The notes below the pieces were generated by a model, which saw nothing but the letters and a program-made list of their open reading frames with translations, searched no databases and was not told the DNA's origin. A stretch of DNA of 64,000 bases, from the NCBI GenBank assembly GCA_004212155.1, contig RXIG01000001.1, positions 128,677 through 192,676 on the forward strand, in the 5' to 3' direction. The translations under genes were made by a program, and so were the position numbers. This DNA comes from an archaeon (lineage in GTDB: Archaea > Methanobacteriota_B > Thermococci > Methanofastidiosales > NM3). Position 1 is the stretch's first letter. Each line of letters starts with the position of its first letter. Shown one piece after another: positions 1 to 10,526 of this stretch.

Positions 1-298
1 CGTCCATGGGGAAGACGAAGTAGCCCGTCCTGTTGATGCCGCGCCGGTCGTCAAGCGCCGCATCGAACGCCTTTCCCAGCGCGATGCCCACGTCCTCGAC
101 GAGGTGGTGCTGGTCGACCTCGAGGTCGCCCTCGGCCGATAGGGTGATGTCAAAGGCCCCATGGCGAGCGAACGATTCGAGCATGTGGTCGAGGAATCCG
201 ATGCCCGTTGCGACCTGTGAGGCGCCCGTGCCGTCGATGGAGAGCGTGAGCTTGATGCGCGTCTCCTTGGTCGTCCTGTTCACGGTGGCGGTCCTCAA
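1..298 (-). CDS. hisB: Imidazoleglycerol-phosphate dehydratase (3' end runs off the window)
   Basis: Manual translation from TTG at 298 (GGAGG SD upstream): [15 protein letters not shown]...[10 protein letters not shown]...[14 protein letters not shown]...FPMD, the IGPD motifs; overlaps the hisC stop; missing from the ORF track. Confidence 0.93.
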   Translation of the reverse strand, partial: MRTATVNRTTKETRIKLTLSIDGTGASQVATGIGFLDHMLESFARHGAFDITLSAEGDLEVDQHHLVEDVGIALGKAFDAALDDRRGINRTGYFVFPMD

Positions 299-1344
299 CA
301 GATCTCCTCCTTGATCTCCTTAAGCGCATCCAGGAGCGTTCGCGCCTGGTCGCGCGTGCCAACGCCCATCCGTATGCATCCTTTGAGCAGGGGGTATGAG
401 CTCCTGTCGCGGACGAGGATGCCCCGTTCCCTAAGGGCGGCGGCGTACGCCTTCGCGTCCTTGCCGATCCTGCAGACGACGAAGTTAGCCTCCGAATTGA
501 ACACGTCAAATCCCATCTTTTTCAGTCCTTCGATGAGATTGGCGCGCGCTTCGATGACCTCATCGACATAGCGTGCAATGTAGTCTTTGTCTTTGAGCGT
601 TGCTATGGCGCATGCGAGTGCGAGCGTGTTGACGCTGTAGGGCGAGGCAACCTTCTTGAGCGTCGATATGATCTCGGGCGAACTGATGGCGAATCCGAGC
701 CTGAGCCCTGCGAGGCCGAACGCCTTCGAGAACGTGCGGGTCAGTATGATGTTTTTCATCTCATCGAGCAGTGGAAGCGCCGTCGTCTTGTTGAACTCGC
801 TGTACGCCTCGTCGACGAGGACGAGCTCCGCCTCGCCCGCTATACGGGCAATCGCATCTTGAGGCACGCTCGTACCGGTGGGATTGTTGGGATTGACGAC
901 CACCACGAGCTTTGCGCCACGGGCTGCCTCCACCATGCGCTCTACGGGAAATGAGAGATCGTCGTTGTAGTAGACCCTCTGTATGTCTGCACCGAAGAGC
1001 ACCGACTCGAGCTCGAAGAGCGCATATGAGGGCGCGGGCAAAACGACCACGTCCCCCTCATTGATGAACGTGTTGAATATGATGCGTATGGCCTCGTCCG
1101 TACCGTTCGTGGCAAGGATGTTCGAGACGTCTACGCCCCAGTGCCGCGCGAAGAAGTCGTACGCTTTCGCGTACTCCGGATAGGTTGAGAGCATCTCGGG
1201 CGTTGCGTTCCTGAGCACCTCGAGCGCCTTTGGCGAGGGTCCCTGGGTGTTCTCGTTGAAGTCGAGCCTGAGCTTGTCCCGCCTTCCCTCGAGCGGCGGG
1301 TCGTAGCGCGGCATCTCCTCGACGGTCTTTCTCGGCCTAATCAT
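295..1344 (-). CDS. hisC: Histidinol-phosphate aminotransferase
   Basis: [39 protein letters not shown] motifs; his operon context. Confidence 0.95.
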   Translation of the reverse strand: MIRPRKTVEEMPRYDPPLEGRRDKLRLDFNENTQGPSPKALEVLRNATPEMLSTYPEYAKAYDFFARHWGVDVSNILATNGTDEAIRIIFNTFINEGDVVVLPAPSYALFELESVLFGADIQRVYYNDDLSFPVERMVEAARGAKLVVVVNPNNPTGTSVPQDAIARIAGEAELVLVDEAYSEFNKTTALPLLDEMKNIILTRTFSKAFGLAGLRLGFAISSPEIISTLKKVASPYSVNTLALACAIATLKDKDYIARYVDEVIEARANLIEGLKKMGFDVFNSEANFVVCRIGKDAKAYAAALRERGILVRDRSSYPLLKGCIRMGVGTRDQARTLLDALKEIKEEIC

Positions 1345-1909
1345 GCTTACCACCTATGACGACGCAGTCGCTCCTGAATATGACCTCGTAGATCTCGAGT
1401 CCGAACTCATCGATGCTCCTGCCCGAGTAGACGATGTCGACGATGGCGTCGGCGATGCCCTCGCTGCAGCTCGTCTCGACGCTGCCGTTCACGTAGATCT
1501 CCTCGATCTCGTATCCCTGTTCACGCAGTTTGTCAAGGTACGTGGACACGATCGTCTGGTACTTGCCGCAGGCGCAGACGGTAAATGAACGTGGGAGGTC
1601 CTCTATTGTTTTTCCCTCGGGGCCGATGAAGCAGAGGGCGGGCTTCTCGTAAAGGGCCTTTTCGTCTGTCCATTCGATGCGCGAGAGCACCTCTGTTGCG
1701 TCATCGCCGTTCTTTAGCACGTACTCCTTGTAGAGGTCCTCCCCTGTGAGTCCGATTGCCTTCTTGCCCTTCTTAGTGAGTTGTTCGACCCAGAACGGAA
1801 CATCCTCCCCCCTCACGGTGATGACCTTGCACGACCCAAGGTGTGGATGATTGTCGAGAAAGATCGATGCATATCGCTTCAATCCGGTGTTCTTTGGGAG
1901 CACCAGCAT
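1337..1909 (-). CDS. hisG: ATP phosphoribosyltransferase, divergent short form (alternative GTG start at 1969)
   Basis: LPK, VRGEDVP, GLTGEDL, GSVE...GIADAIVDIVYSG motifs; first gene of hisG-hisC-hisB. Confidence 0.85.
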   Translation of the reverse strand: MLVLPKNTGLKRYASIFLDNHPHLGSCKVITVRGEDVPFWVEQLTKKGKKAIGLTGEDLYKEYVLKNGDDATEVLSRIEWTDEKALYEKPALCFIGPEGKTIEDLPRSFTVCACGKYQTIVSTYLDKLREQGYEIEEIYVNGSVETSCSEGIADAIVDIVYSGRSIDEFGLEIYEVIFRSDCVVIGGKHD

Positions 1910-1946
1910 TACGTTGCAGGCGTCTTCCTGCGGTCCGGGAATGTAA

Positions 1947-2150
1947 TTAGCAGCTATGAAAAGAGTCACCTTTGTCAGTCATTTCGCAATCCTCCTTAGA
2001 AGATATGGTGCCACAACGCACAAGGGCCCTGGTTGCAAGAGTAAAAGAAGGCGTTGGACGCGGCCCTTTATCCGCATATATGAAGGCGACCAGCACTTCG
2101 TGCCTTAGCCTCCCCGTCTGTGGCATTCATGTTACCAAACACCAAATTAT
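1947..2150 (-). promoter_or_regulatory. Structured 5' leader of the his operon with two uORFs (2130-2068, 1982-1947)
   Basis: TATA-like TTTTATAAA near 2171-2179 (minus); nested complementary segments; AGGAGG SD before ATG 1982. Confidence 0.4.
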
Positions 2151-2258
2151 CCTCAAGTCGTCCTGCGCCATTTATAAAAGTTTTGGTGCCAGCGGCGACA
2201 GGCGCGTTCGTAGATATGTTTTTATTGGTGTTTCTCGAGCGCTTCATGGTGATAGTAC

Positions 2259-2999
2259 ATGCGCACATCAAGCTGGGAGTTCAGGCTCGCCTCGTCGCTT
2301 GTCATCGCGTCGGCCCTTTTATACACGTTCCATTACGTCATCTTCCATGATATGCACCACATCTTCATCTATATGGTGGGCGACGTCGCGTTCGTCCCCA
2401 TCGAGGTGCTCCTCGTGACGTTGCTGATACACCGCCTGCTCGAACGCAGGGAGCGCACGCGCAAGCTCGAGAAGCTCAACATCGTCATCGGTACGTTCTT
2501 CAGCGAGGTAGGCACACGGCTTCTCACCTACTTTTCAGACCACGATCCCAATCTCGATGACATCAAGTCGCACCTCGTCTTCGACGCGGAGTGGGATGAG
2601 AAATCGTTCACGCGTGCCGCACGTGCCCTGGAAGCATATTCATACGATATCGATGAGGGCACCATCGAGATGCGCCCCGTGCGCGACCTGCTCCACGAGG
2701 AGCGCGACTTCCTTGTCCGTGTGCTGGAAAACCCCCTCCTGCTCGAGCATGAAAGCTTCACGGAGCTCATGCAGGCCGTATTCCACCTTGCAGAGGAGCT
2801 TGAGAGCAGGAAAGACCTCTCCTCGCTTCCCGCTTCCGACAGGTCTCACCTCGCGCTTGACATGAAACGCGTCTACACGCGCCTCGTCACGCAATGGCTC
2901 TTGTACATGCGCCACTTAAAAGACCACTATCCATATCTGTTCTCGCTTGCCATGCGCACGAATCCGTTCGATGAGGGCGCAACGCCGATGGTGAAATAG
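2259..2999 (+). CDS. Conserved hypothetical membrane protein (two N-terminal TM helices)
   Basis: 246 aa ORF, host-like codon usage, hydrophobic N-terminus, LENPLLLEHESFTEL segment. Confidence 0.8.
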   Translation: MRTSSWEFRLASSLVIASALLYTFHYVIFHDMHHIFIYMVGDVAFVPIEVLLVTLLIHRLLERRERTRKLEKLNIVIGTFFSEVGTRLLTYFSDHDPNLDDIKSHLVFDAEWDEKSFTRAARALEAYSYDIDEGTIEMRPVRDLLHEERDFLVRVLENPLLLEHESFTELMQAVFHLAEELESRKDLSSLPASDRSHLALDMKRVYTRLVTQWLLYMRHLKDHYPYLFSLAMRTNPFDEGATPMVK

Positions 3000-3044
3000 G
3001 AAAAAAGACCACGTTTAAATAGTCCGGGCGACACATCTTCATGC

Positions 3045-5132
3045 ATGAATCCCGAAAGGTCGCCCAACAGGCTTATAGACGAACAGAGTCCTTACCTCCT
3101 CCAGCACGCCTACAATCCCGTCGATTGGTATCCGTGGGGTGAGGAGGCATTCGAGAGGGCGCGGACCGAAAAAAAGCCTATATTCCTTTCGATAGGCTAT
3201 TCCACATGCCATTGGTGCCATGTGATGGAAGAGGAATCGTTCGAGGATGACAAGGTGGCGTCGATCCTCAACGCCCGCTACGTGCCTATCAAGGTGGACA
3301 GGGAGGAACACCCCGATATCGACCATATCTACATGACCGTTGCACAGCTCATGACCAAGCGGGCCGGCTGGCCGCTCACCATCCTCATGACGCCCGACAA
3401 GAAACCATTTTTTGCAGCTACGTACCTGCCTCGCAACAGTCGTGACGGCATGCTCGGGCTCATCGAGGTGCTCGAAAGGGTGTATCGTCTTTGGGTAACC
3501 GAGCGCAAAACGCTCCTCGAGGCTGCGGAGAAGGTCACGGCATCTCTTGATGTAGGCATGTCGATTCCGCCCGGCGACATGCTCGAACGTGAGGTGCTCT
3601 CCTCAGCGTTCGAGGAACTCACCGGCTCATACGACAAGGAGCACGGAGGGTTCGGCACATTCCCCAAGTTCCCCTCGCCCCACATGATACTATTCCTCCT
3701 TCGCTACTGGCGGCGCTTCCACCATCCGCTCGCGGTCCACATGGCCGAGCATACCCTCTCGTCCATGCGGCGCGGCGGGGTCTACGACCACTTGGCAGGC
3801 GGCATCCACCGGTATTCGGTCGATGCGGAGTGGAAGGTGCCCCACTTCGAGAAGATGCTCTATGACCAGGCGATGGTTGCGCTTGCCTACCTCGAGGCCT
3901 ACCAGGCAACAGGCAACGAATGGTACGCAACGGTCGCCCAGGAGACGCTTGACTTCGCCATAGGTGAGATGCGGGACCGTTCGGGAGCCTTCATCTCGGC
4001 AATCGATGCCGATACCGAAGGCGAGGAAGGTGGCTACTATCTGTGGTCTTTTGAAGAACTTGAACGCGAGCTCAACGAGTCAGAGCTCGTCGTGGCAAAA
4101 GGCGTGTGGGGCGTCAGCAGCGAGGGCAACATGCCCGACGAGGTGACGGGGGAGCCATCGGGCCGTAACGTGCTCTACCGTCCACGGCCGCTCTCAGATG
4201 TCGCCGAGGAGCTCGAAATGGACGAGTCAGAGCTGTCCGAACGATTGGAGCACCTGCGTTCACGCCTCCTTTCGCTGCGCAACGAACGAACACAACCCAT
4301 GAAGGACGACAAGGTGCTAACCGACTGGAACGGCCTCATGATAGCTGCATGCGCACGGGCGTCGTCCGTCTTGGGAAGCGATCGTTACCTCTCGGTCGCA
4401 GAGGAGGCAGTCGAGGCACTGCTCTCGCACATCTACGACGGGGGACATCTTCTTCACAGGTATCGCGGCTCGACGGCAGGGATACGCGGAAAGCTCGAGG
4501 ACTACGCCTATCTCTCTTGGGGCCTCTTCGAGCTCTACGAGGCATCGTTTAACACGAAGCACCTCGAACTATCCAGGGAGCTTGTCGATTACGCTATCGA
4601 CCACTTCTTCGATGAGGGAACTGGGGGCTTTTTCCTCACAGATGAGCATGATGAGACCGTGCTCGTGCGCCAAAAGGAGATCTATGACGGGGCCCTCCCG
4701 TCAGGCAACAGCGTGATGACGTACCTGCTTTCTCTGTTCTCCGCGCTCGATGGGCGATCGGGATATGGCGCGCGCGCTTCGGATCAGATACGTGCGTTCT
4801 CGCGCCACATCGAACGAAGCCCTACCGCGTTCACGTTCTTCCTTTGCGGCATCGACCTTCATCACGGTCCCATCGCCGAGGTGCGCCTCGTTGGTGACGA
4901 CGTCTCTGCGTTCACCTCTGCGCTGCGAGGCGCATACGTGCCGCATGCGGTCGTGACGGTAAAGAGCTCGCGGTCAAACGAGGTGGCGATAGAGCGGCTC
5001 GTGCCATCGATGGCAGACATTAAACCACCCGACAGGACACCCCGGGCCTATATATGCATTGATGCGACCTGCCAGGAACCGGCGACCGAACCCGAGGAGA
5101 TGGTGGCACAGCTAGAGCGTATGTACGAGTGA
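3045..5132 (+). CDS. Thioredoxin-domain protein, YyaL/SSP411 (DUF255) family
   Basis: [47 protein letters not shown]. Confidence 0.93.
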   Translation: MNPERSPNRLIDEQSPYLLQHAYNPVDWYPWGEEAFERARTEKKPIFLSIGYSTCHWCHVMEEESFEDDKVASILNARYVPIKVDREEHPDIDHIYMTVAQLMTKRAGWPLTILMTPDKKPFFAATYLPRNSRDGMLGLIEVLERVYRLWVTERKTLLEAAEKVTASLDVGMSIPPGDMLEREVLSSAFEELTGSYDKEHGGFGTFPKFPSPHMILFLLRYWRRFHHPLAVHMAEHTLSSMRRGGVYDHLAGGIHRYSVDAEWKVPHFEKMLYDQAMVALAYLEAYQATGNEWYATVAQETLDFAIGEMRDRSGAFISAIDADTEGEEGGYYLWSFEELERELNESELVVAKGVWGVSSEGNMPDEVTGEPSGRNVLYRPRPLSDVAEELEMDESELSERLEHLRSRLLSLRNERTQPMKDDKVLTDWNGLMIAACARASSVLGSDRYLSVAEEAVEALLSHIYDGGHLLHRYRGSTAGIRGKLEDYAYLSWGLFELYEASFNTKHLELSRELVDYAIDHFFDEGTGGFFLTDEHDETVLVRQKEIYDGALPSGNSVMTYLLSLFSALDGRSGYGARASDQIRAFSRHIERSPTAFTFFLCGIDLHHGPIAEVRLVGDDVSAFTSALRGAYVPHAVVTVKSSRSNEVAIERLVPSMADIKPPDRTPRAYICIDATCQEPATEPEEMVAQLERMYE

Positions 5133-5267
5133 ACGAGATGGTGAGGACAGCATCCATGTCCTTTTTTCTCTTTTATCGTTCCTTTCTCTCATCACAAGAG
5201 AACGAAAGGTTTTTTTCCTCATACCATAATACTTCCTTGTTAGCTACTGAATTTTCTCAGTGTTCCG

Positions 5268-6236
5268 ATGAAAAAGCTTACCGTTCGCGTCAATCCCGAA
5301 AAGGCCAAGAATCTCTCAGAAGTGCTTGAAGACCATATCGTCTACGAGACAAACGAGAATGGCATCGCCAAGCTCGTCGCATACATACCCGACGACGCGG
5401 TCGATGATATCCTTACCGAACTTCACAAACGGATCGACCTTCGCTACAAAAAGAACATTATCGAGGTCTCATCACCCAGCTTCGTTATCTCATCAGTCCT
5501 TAGCAAGGCAGACAAGAACAAGAAGGAAGAGGAGAAGACACCCGTCGAGCAGCTTCTGGAGCATGCCAATACATATTATCATTTTGATAAGGACAAAGTG
5601 GCCCTCATAGCAATTGCGAGCATCATAGCGCTCGTCGGATTGTTCCAGAACAACGTGACGATCGTCATAGGGGCGATGCTGCTTGCCCCATTCGTCGGTC
5701 CCATTTACGCATTTACCATCAACACGGCCGTGGGCAAGGGCAAGTGTGCCGTTCGCAACCTCTCTCAAATTGGACTGTATATTTCCATATCGTTTTTGAT
5801 ATCCTTGATATCGACCCTGATACTCGAAACTCGGTTCGACCTGGCGCTCACGCATGAGATCATGCTTCGTCTTGATACGAATCCCGTCTACATCCTTATG
5901 GCCGTCATGCTCGGCCTTGCTGCCGTCGTCTCATTCTCCAAGAGCATCTCGGAGGGTCTTGCCGGCGTTGCCATAGCCGCCGCCATTCTTCCTCCCGCAG
6001 TGACGGCGGGCATCATGGTCGCGATCGTCCCACACGAAGCATTCAATGCAATCATACTGACGTTCCAAAATGTGATAGGACTGATGGCAGGAGGATTGAT
6101 TGCCACCATCGTCCTTGACATCGTGCCACGAAGGGACAGGGAGCGCACCTTTGCGCGCAAAATGCTTGCGCGCATGCTCATCGCACTGGGCATAATGATC
6201 GTGGCGCTTGCCGTCGTCGCCGTCTTCTTCACGTGA
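5268..6236 (+). CDS. TIGR00341/DUF389 family membrane protein
   Basis: IVIGAMLLAP and LAGVAIAAAILPPA signatures, multiple TM helices. Confidence 0.88.
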   Translation: MKKLTVRVNPEKAKNLSEVLEDHIVYETNENGIAKLVAYIPDDAVDDILTELHKRIDLRYKKNIIEVSSPSFVISSVLSKADKNKKEEEKTPVEQLLEHANTYYHFDKDKVALIAIASIIALVGLFQNNVTIVIGAMLLAPFVGPIYAFTINTAVGKGKCAVRNLSQIGLYISISFLISLISTLILETRFDLALTHEIMLRLDTNPVYILMAVMLGLAAVVSFSKSISEGLAGVAIAAAILPPAVTAGIMVAIVPHEAFNAIILTFQNVIGLMAGGLIATIVLDIVPRRDRERTFARKMLARMLIALGIMIVALAVVAVFFT

Positions 6237-6399
6237 TGTCAAAAAACCCCGTTGCGAAAGCTTTTTAAACAAAAAAACAGGTGCTTAATCCGTTTTCCGC
6301 TCCTTGTAATAAAGGAGCAATGGAAAATATTTGTGTTCTGAACGAATTCAGATACATTTAAATACCTCGCGAATTTAAGGAATTAGCAGTTTCATTGAG

Positions 6400-6636
6400 G
6401 TGAACAATATGGCTGAACGACCATTGGACATCATTCATAAATCAGTTGAGAAAAACGTCCTCGTTGAATTGAAGGGAGGACGCGAATTCCGTGGAAATCT
6501 TAAGGGTTACGATATTCATATGAACCTTGTACTAGAGAACGCAGAAGAGCTCAGGGACGGACAGCTCATCCGTAAGCTTGGTTATGCGGTCGTCCGTGGC
6601 GACAACGTCGTGCTCATCTCTCCAGACCTGAGGTGA
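6400..6636 (+). CDS. Sm-like archaeal protein (SmAP1/Lsm)
   Basis: [25 protein letters not shown] Sm motifs; upstream of rpl37e. Confidence 0.95.
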   Translation: MNNMAERPLDIIHKSVEKNVLVELKGGREFRGNLKGYDIHMNLVLENAEELRDGQLIRKLGYAVVRGDNVVLISPDLR

Positions 6637-6641
6637 AGGCA

Positions 6642-6809
6642 ATGACCAAGGGAACACCGTCACAGGGAAAGAGGAACTCCAAGGTGCATATTCGCTGCAG
6701 AAGGTGCGGCAACCATTCGTACCACATACGCAAAAAGAGATGCAGCTCGTGTGGTTATGGAATCTCACGCAGGTTACGAACCTATGAATGGAACAAGTAC
6801 GGTTTCTGA
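6642..6809 (+). CDS. rpl37e: 50S ribosomal protein L37e
   Basis: Manual translation [40 protein letters not shown]...; GAGGTGA SD; below ORF track length cutoff. Confidence 0.96.
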   Translation: MTKGTPSQGKRNSKVHIRCRRCGNHSYHIRKKRCSSCGYGISRRLRTYEWNKYGF

Positions 6810-7584
6810 TATACGCATTATCGTTGAAGGATTGAATGATGTCAGGAGGGTATGCGATGCACTCTCCGGATCGTTCCTTGGAAGCGACTATAACGCTTCT
6901 GTCACATCCATCATACCTACGACAGATGTTTCCATAGCCCATAGATCGGCGCAGGGGGCCCATGTCGTCATCATCGCCACCGATGCGGACGAAGCTGGCT
7001 CATCGCTTGCCAGGGCGCTGAGGGAACGGCTCGACGATGGCAGGTGCCTTGTCGAGACCGTCAGGCTCCCACAGGGTCAAAACATTGAGTATACTGACGC
7101 CGCCATGCTTCGCGAGGCCATTGAAAAGGCGATCGTTCGCGCCGGATTGGCAGGACTTGCGCGATATGTGCCTGCGGCAGCCGACAACGTGGACGATGGG
7201 GCGGATGCAGAATATGCGCCCGATGAACCGGAATATGACTGGGACGACGATTCGTCGGACGAGGAGCCCGATAACGAGTCGGACGAGGAGGAGCTTCTCT
7301 ACGAGATCAACCGCCTCGAGCTCGAGAACAAGAAGTATGCGTCGCGCATCGGCGACCTCGAGAATCGGCTCAACGAGATCATGATAGACTCCTATGGCAG
7401 ATACAACATCGAAGAGGTGTGGGAGTCGCTCTTCGACGATCCCGTGCCCGATACGACGGAGTTGACTATGGCCGCATCGGAACTCTCTGACTCGGTTCAC
7501 GTCTCCGGTAATTTTATATTTGCACAGGGGCTCAAGGAAGTGGAAGTGTTCCTGAACGAATACAGGGATACCATCATGCAGTAA
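6784..7584 (+). CDS. Toprim-domain protein with acidic linker and coiled coil
   Basis: IIVEGLND and [10 protein letters not shown] Toprim motifs; D/E-rich stretch; overlaps the 3' end of rpl37e. Confidence 0.75.
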   Translation: MNGTSTVSDIRIIVEGLNDVRRVCDALSGSFLGSDYNASVTSIIPTTDVSIAHRSAQGAHVVIIATDADEAGSSLARALRERLDDGRCLVETVRLPQGQNIEYTDAAMLREAIEKAIVRAGLAGLARYVPAAADNVDDGADAEYAPDEPEYDWDDDSSDEEPDNESDEEELLYEINRLELENKKYASRIGDLENRLNEIMIDSYGRYNIEEVWESLFDDPVPDTTELTMAASELSDSVHVSGNFIFAQGLKEVEVFLNEYRDTIMQ

Positions 7585-7585
7585 T

Positions 7586-7662
<77 letters not shown>

Positions 7663-7767
7663 TTACTCTTTTTCGTGTTAATTTTCGTTACACTCGACAT
7701 TTCCGCCGTGATTTTCAAAACCTTTAATAGTCTTGGCGATGATAAGATACGTGGGAGGTGTTAGTCG

Positions 7768-8448
7768 TTGGACGAAAAGGAGAAGATTGCAGCATTGAGT
7801 AAGTTATCTACGGCCTCTGTGGCCGACGTCCTGAACGGAAAGGGCGTGTTTAGCTCTTCTATCAAACCGATAGTGCCTGGCAAGAAGGTAGTAGGCAAGG
7901 CGTATACCGCCACCACCCCTGCGGGGGACATGCTTACATGTTACTGGGCGCTCAATAAGTCGCTTGAGGGCTACGTCCTCATCATCGATGGCGGAGGATA
8001 CACCGAGTCCGCTATATGGGGCAGCCTCATGACGCAGGAGGCCAAGGAGAAGAAGCTGGCCGGCGTCATCATCGATGGGTCCATCCGCGACTCGGACGGC
8101 GTGCGCGACGCGGGGTTTCCCGTCTTTGCGATTACGACAACGCCGCGGGATGGGTCGATCCGTGCCATCGGTGAGCTTGAAGTGCCCGTCACATGCGGCG
8201 GTGCCACCGTACATCCAGGCGATTACATCATCGGTGACGATGATGGGGTAGTCGTCATCCCCGAGCGGCTTCTTGAAAAGGTCATCGATGGCGCAAAGGA
8301 CGCCGAGGAAATGGAAAAGAGCATACAAAAGGAGCTTAAAAAGGGCAAGTCGCTCTACGACCTATTTAGCCTTGACCGCATGGTGCTCAAGAAGGAGCGC
8401 GAGGACGTCACACTGCTCAACGAGCTCTACCGCGACATGGGCCTTTGA
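7768..8448 (+). CDS. RraA/HMG aldolase family protein
   Basis: STASVAD, AIWGSLM, IDGSIRD, IIGDDDGVVVIP. Confidence 0.9.
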   Translation: MDEKEKIAALSKLSTASVADVLNGKGVFSSSIKPIVPGKKVVGKAYTATTPAGDMLTCYWALNKSLEGYVLIIDGGGYTESAIWGSLMTQEAKEKKLAGVIIDGSIRDSDGVRDAGFPVFAITTTPRDGSIRAIGELEVPVTCGGATVHPGDYIIGDDDGVVVIPERLLEKVIDGAKDAEEMEKSIQKELKKGKSLYDLFSLDRMVLKKEREDVTLLNELYRDMGL

Positions 8449-8486
8449 TAGGAACGTTTTTATTTTTTCTTCCTTTTTCTCTATTG

Positions 8487-9431
8487 ATGGCCAAGGACGT
8501 GCTCACCTATCTCCTGGACAATCAGGACACGTATGTCTCTGGCGAGTATATTGCCCATAAGCTTGGCATCACTCGCCAAGCGGTCTCCAAGAGGATAACG
8601 CAGCTCAAGGAACAGGGGTTCGATATCGATTCACGCACCAACAAGGGTTATCGCGTCGTCTCGTATCCGGATGTCATCCTTCCCGAGCTCATCGAACGTG
8701 AGACGAGCTTTGGTCCCGTGGTACACTTCGATACCATCGACTCCACCAACATCCACGCACGAAAGTGCGCCCTGGACGGCTCGCCCGAGCGAACGCTTAT
8801 CGTCGCAGAGGAACAAAAGGCGGGACGGGGGCGCCTCGGACGAGAGTGGGTGTCGCCCAAGGGCGGCCTTTGGTTCTCATTCATTATCCGACCTCGATGC
8901 AATCCCGCATCGGCCCCCCTCATCAACTTCGTGGCAGCAAACGCCGTTGCCAAGACGGTCCATGATTTGTATGGCATCGATGTTTCGATGAAGTGGCCAA
9001 ACGACATCTATTACGAGGATCGCAAGATGTGCGGCATAGCGTTGCTCGTTTCCTCCGACACCGACCTGATCCATTACCTCGTCGTCGGCATAGGGATCAA
9101 CGTGAACAACGATCCCCCTCAACCGACGCATACGGTGTCGCTCAAGGACATCGTTTCGCGACCGATCGACCGCAACTCGCTGCTCATATCGGTACTCGAC
9201 CATTTCAAGGACGAGTACGCCCATTTCGAAAGGGGGGACTACGAGACGCTGCTCTCGTACTCGCGGAGTATCTCGAACACGATAGGCAGATTCGTCCGCG
9301 TGTCGTTTCTTGGCAGGGACGTCGTGGGGAAGGTCAGGGACATTAACGACCAGGGGGCGCTCGTGCTCGAACACGACGGAACGACGCATGTGGTCTATGC
9401 CGGTGATGTCGACTTCCTGCGTCCGCTCTAG
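8487..9431 (+). CDS. birA: Bifunctional biotin ligase/repressor
   Basis: N-terminal HTH (SGEYIA...SRTNKGY), DSTN, QKAGRGRLGREW, KWPND, GIGINV. Confidence 0.93.
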   Translation: MAKDVLTYLLDNQDTYVSGEYIAHKLGITRQAVSKRITQLKEQGFDIDSRTNKGYRVVSYPDVILPELIERETSFGPVVHFDTIDSTNIHARKCALDGSPERTLIVAEEQKAGRGRLGREWVSPKGGLWFSFIIRPRCNPASAPLINFVAANAVAKTVHDLYGIDVSMKWPNDIYYEDRKMCGIALLVSSDTDLIHYLVVGIGINVNNDPPQPTHTVSLKDIVSRPIDRNSLLISVLDHFKDEYAHFERGDYETLLSYSRSISNTIGRFVRVSFLGRDVVGKVRDINDQGALVLEHDGTTHVVYAGDVDFLRPL

Positions 9432-9439
9432 GTGAGCTC

Positions 9440-10420
9440 ATGGAGTATCTGTTCTATCTCAACGGGGACCATCCGGACCTCGCACGCTACGAGATCACAT
9501 CGCTACTCTCTGCATATGGACACGATGTCTCGTTGCGCATCATCCACCCGCAGCTCGTGCTCCTCTCGTCGCGTGAGCTGCCGCGTCCTGCGCTAGAACG
9601 TCTGTCCCTGACCCATTCGGTGGGCACCTATATGGGGGGCATGGAGGCGTCCACAGGCTCTCTGGAGCCTTCCACGATCGAGCACATCATGTGCGATGAC
9701 CCATTTAGTGTACGGATCAAGAAGCTGGACAAGGGTATCAACGCGATGGGGGAGGAGCGGCGGCTGGCGCGCCAGATACTATCCGTCGTGTCGGCTCCTG
9801 TCGATCTCGGCTCGCCTGCTCAGCGCATCGTCGGTTTTCATGTGGCGGGCACCATCCATGTCGCAAACGTGATCGCCTCGACGAGCGCGCAAGCGTTTGA
9901 CGGAAGAAAACCCCAATACCGGCCATACTTCCACCCATCTTCCCTCCATCCGCGCATCGCGCGCGTGCTGGTCAACATCTCACAGGCGAGAAGGGAGGTC
10001 TTCGATCCGTTCTGTGGGACCGGGGGGATCCTCATTGAGGCGGGATTGATGGGCCTTGAGACCTTCGGCATGGACATTGAGGAGAAGATGGTCATCGGAA
10101 CGAGAGAGAACCTTGCCCATTTTGGCCTCGAAGGCGATGTTCGCAAAGGTGATGCGACGCGCATCGGGGACACGTTCGATGAACCGTTCGAGTGCATCGT
10201 CTCCGACCTACCCTATGGCAAGTCCACGGTGGTGGCAGGGGGAAGGGAGCGCCTCTACGCGCGTGCGTTCGAGCAGATGTATGAGCATTCCCTACACAGG
10301 CTCGTAACTGTCATTCCCGTATTTTTCGACTTCGCATCCCGCGGATACACGGTGGAATCTCATTTCACGATCCGCGTCCACAGGTCGCTTGAACGCCACA
10401 TCCATGTATTGAGCCATTAG
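9440..10420 (+). CDS. tRNA m2G10 methyltransferase (Trm11/TIGR01177)
   Basis: RPYFHPSSLHPRIARVLVN, DPFCGTGGILIEAG, DLPYG. Confidence 0.88.
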   Translation: MEYLFYLNGDHPDLARYEITSLLSAYGHDVSLRIIHPQLVLLSSRELPRPALERLSLTHSVGTYMGGMEASTGSLEPSTIEHIMCDDPFSVRIKKLDKGINAMGEERRLARQILSVVSAPVDLGSPAQRIVGFHVAGTIHVANVIASTSAQAFDGRKPQYRPYFHPSSLHPRIARVLVNISQARREVFDPFCGTGGILIEAGLMGLETFGMDIEEKMVIGTRENLAHFGLEGDVRKGDATRIGDTFDEPFECIVSDLPYGKSTVVAGGRERLYARAFEQMYEHSLHRLVTVIPVFFDFASRGYTVESHFTIRVHRSLERHIHVLSH

Positions 10421-10526
10421 CAGCGGCTCAATCGGCATTGTTTGATATGTTTTTCTACTTTCTTTCTTTATTTTTTGAGAAAATAATATAAGAGTGGAGA
10501 ATAGAGTTATTATAATGAACCCATCC

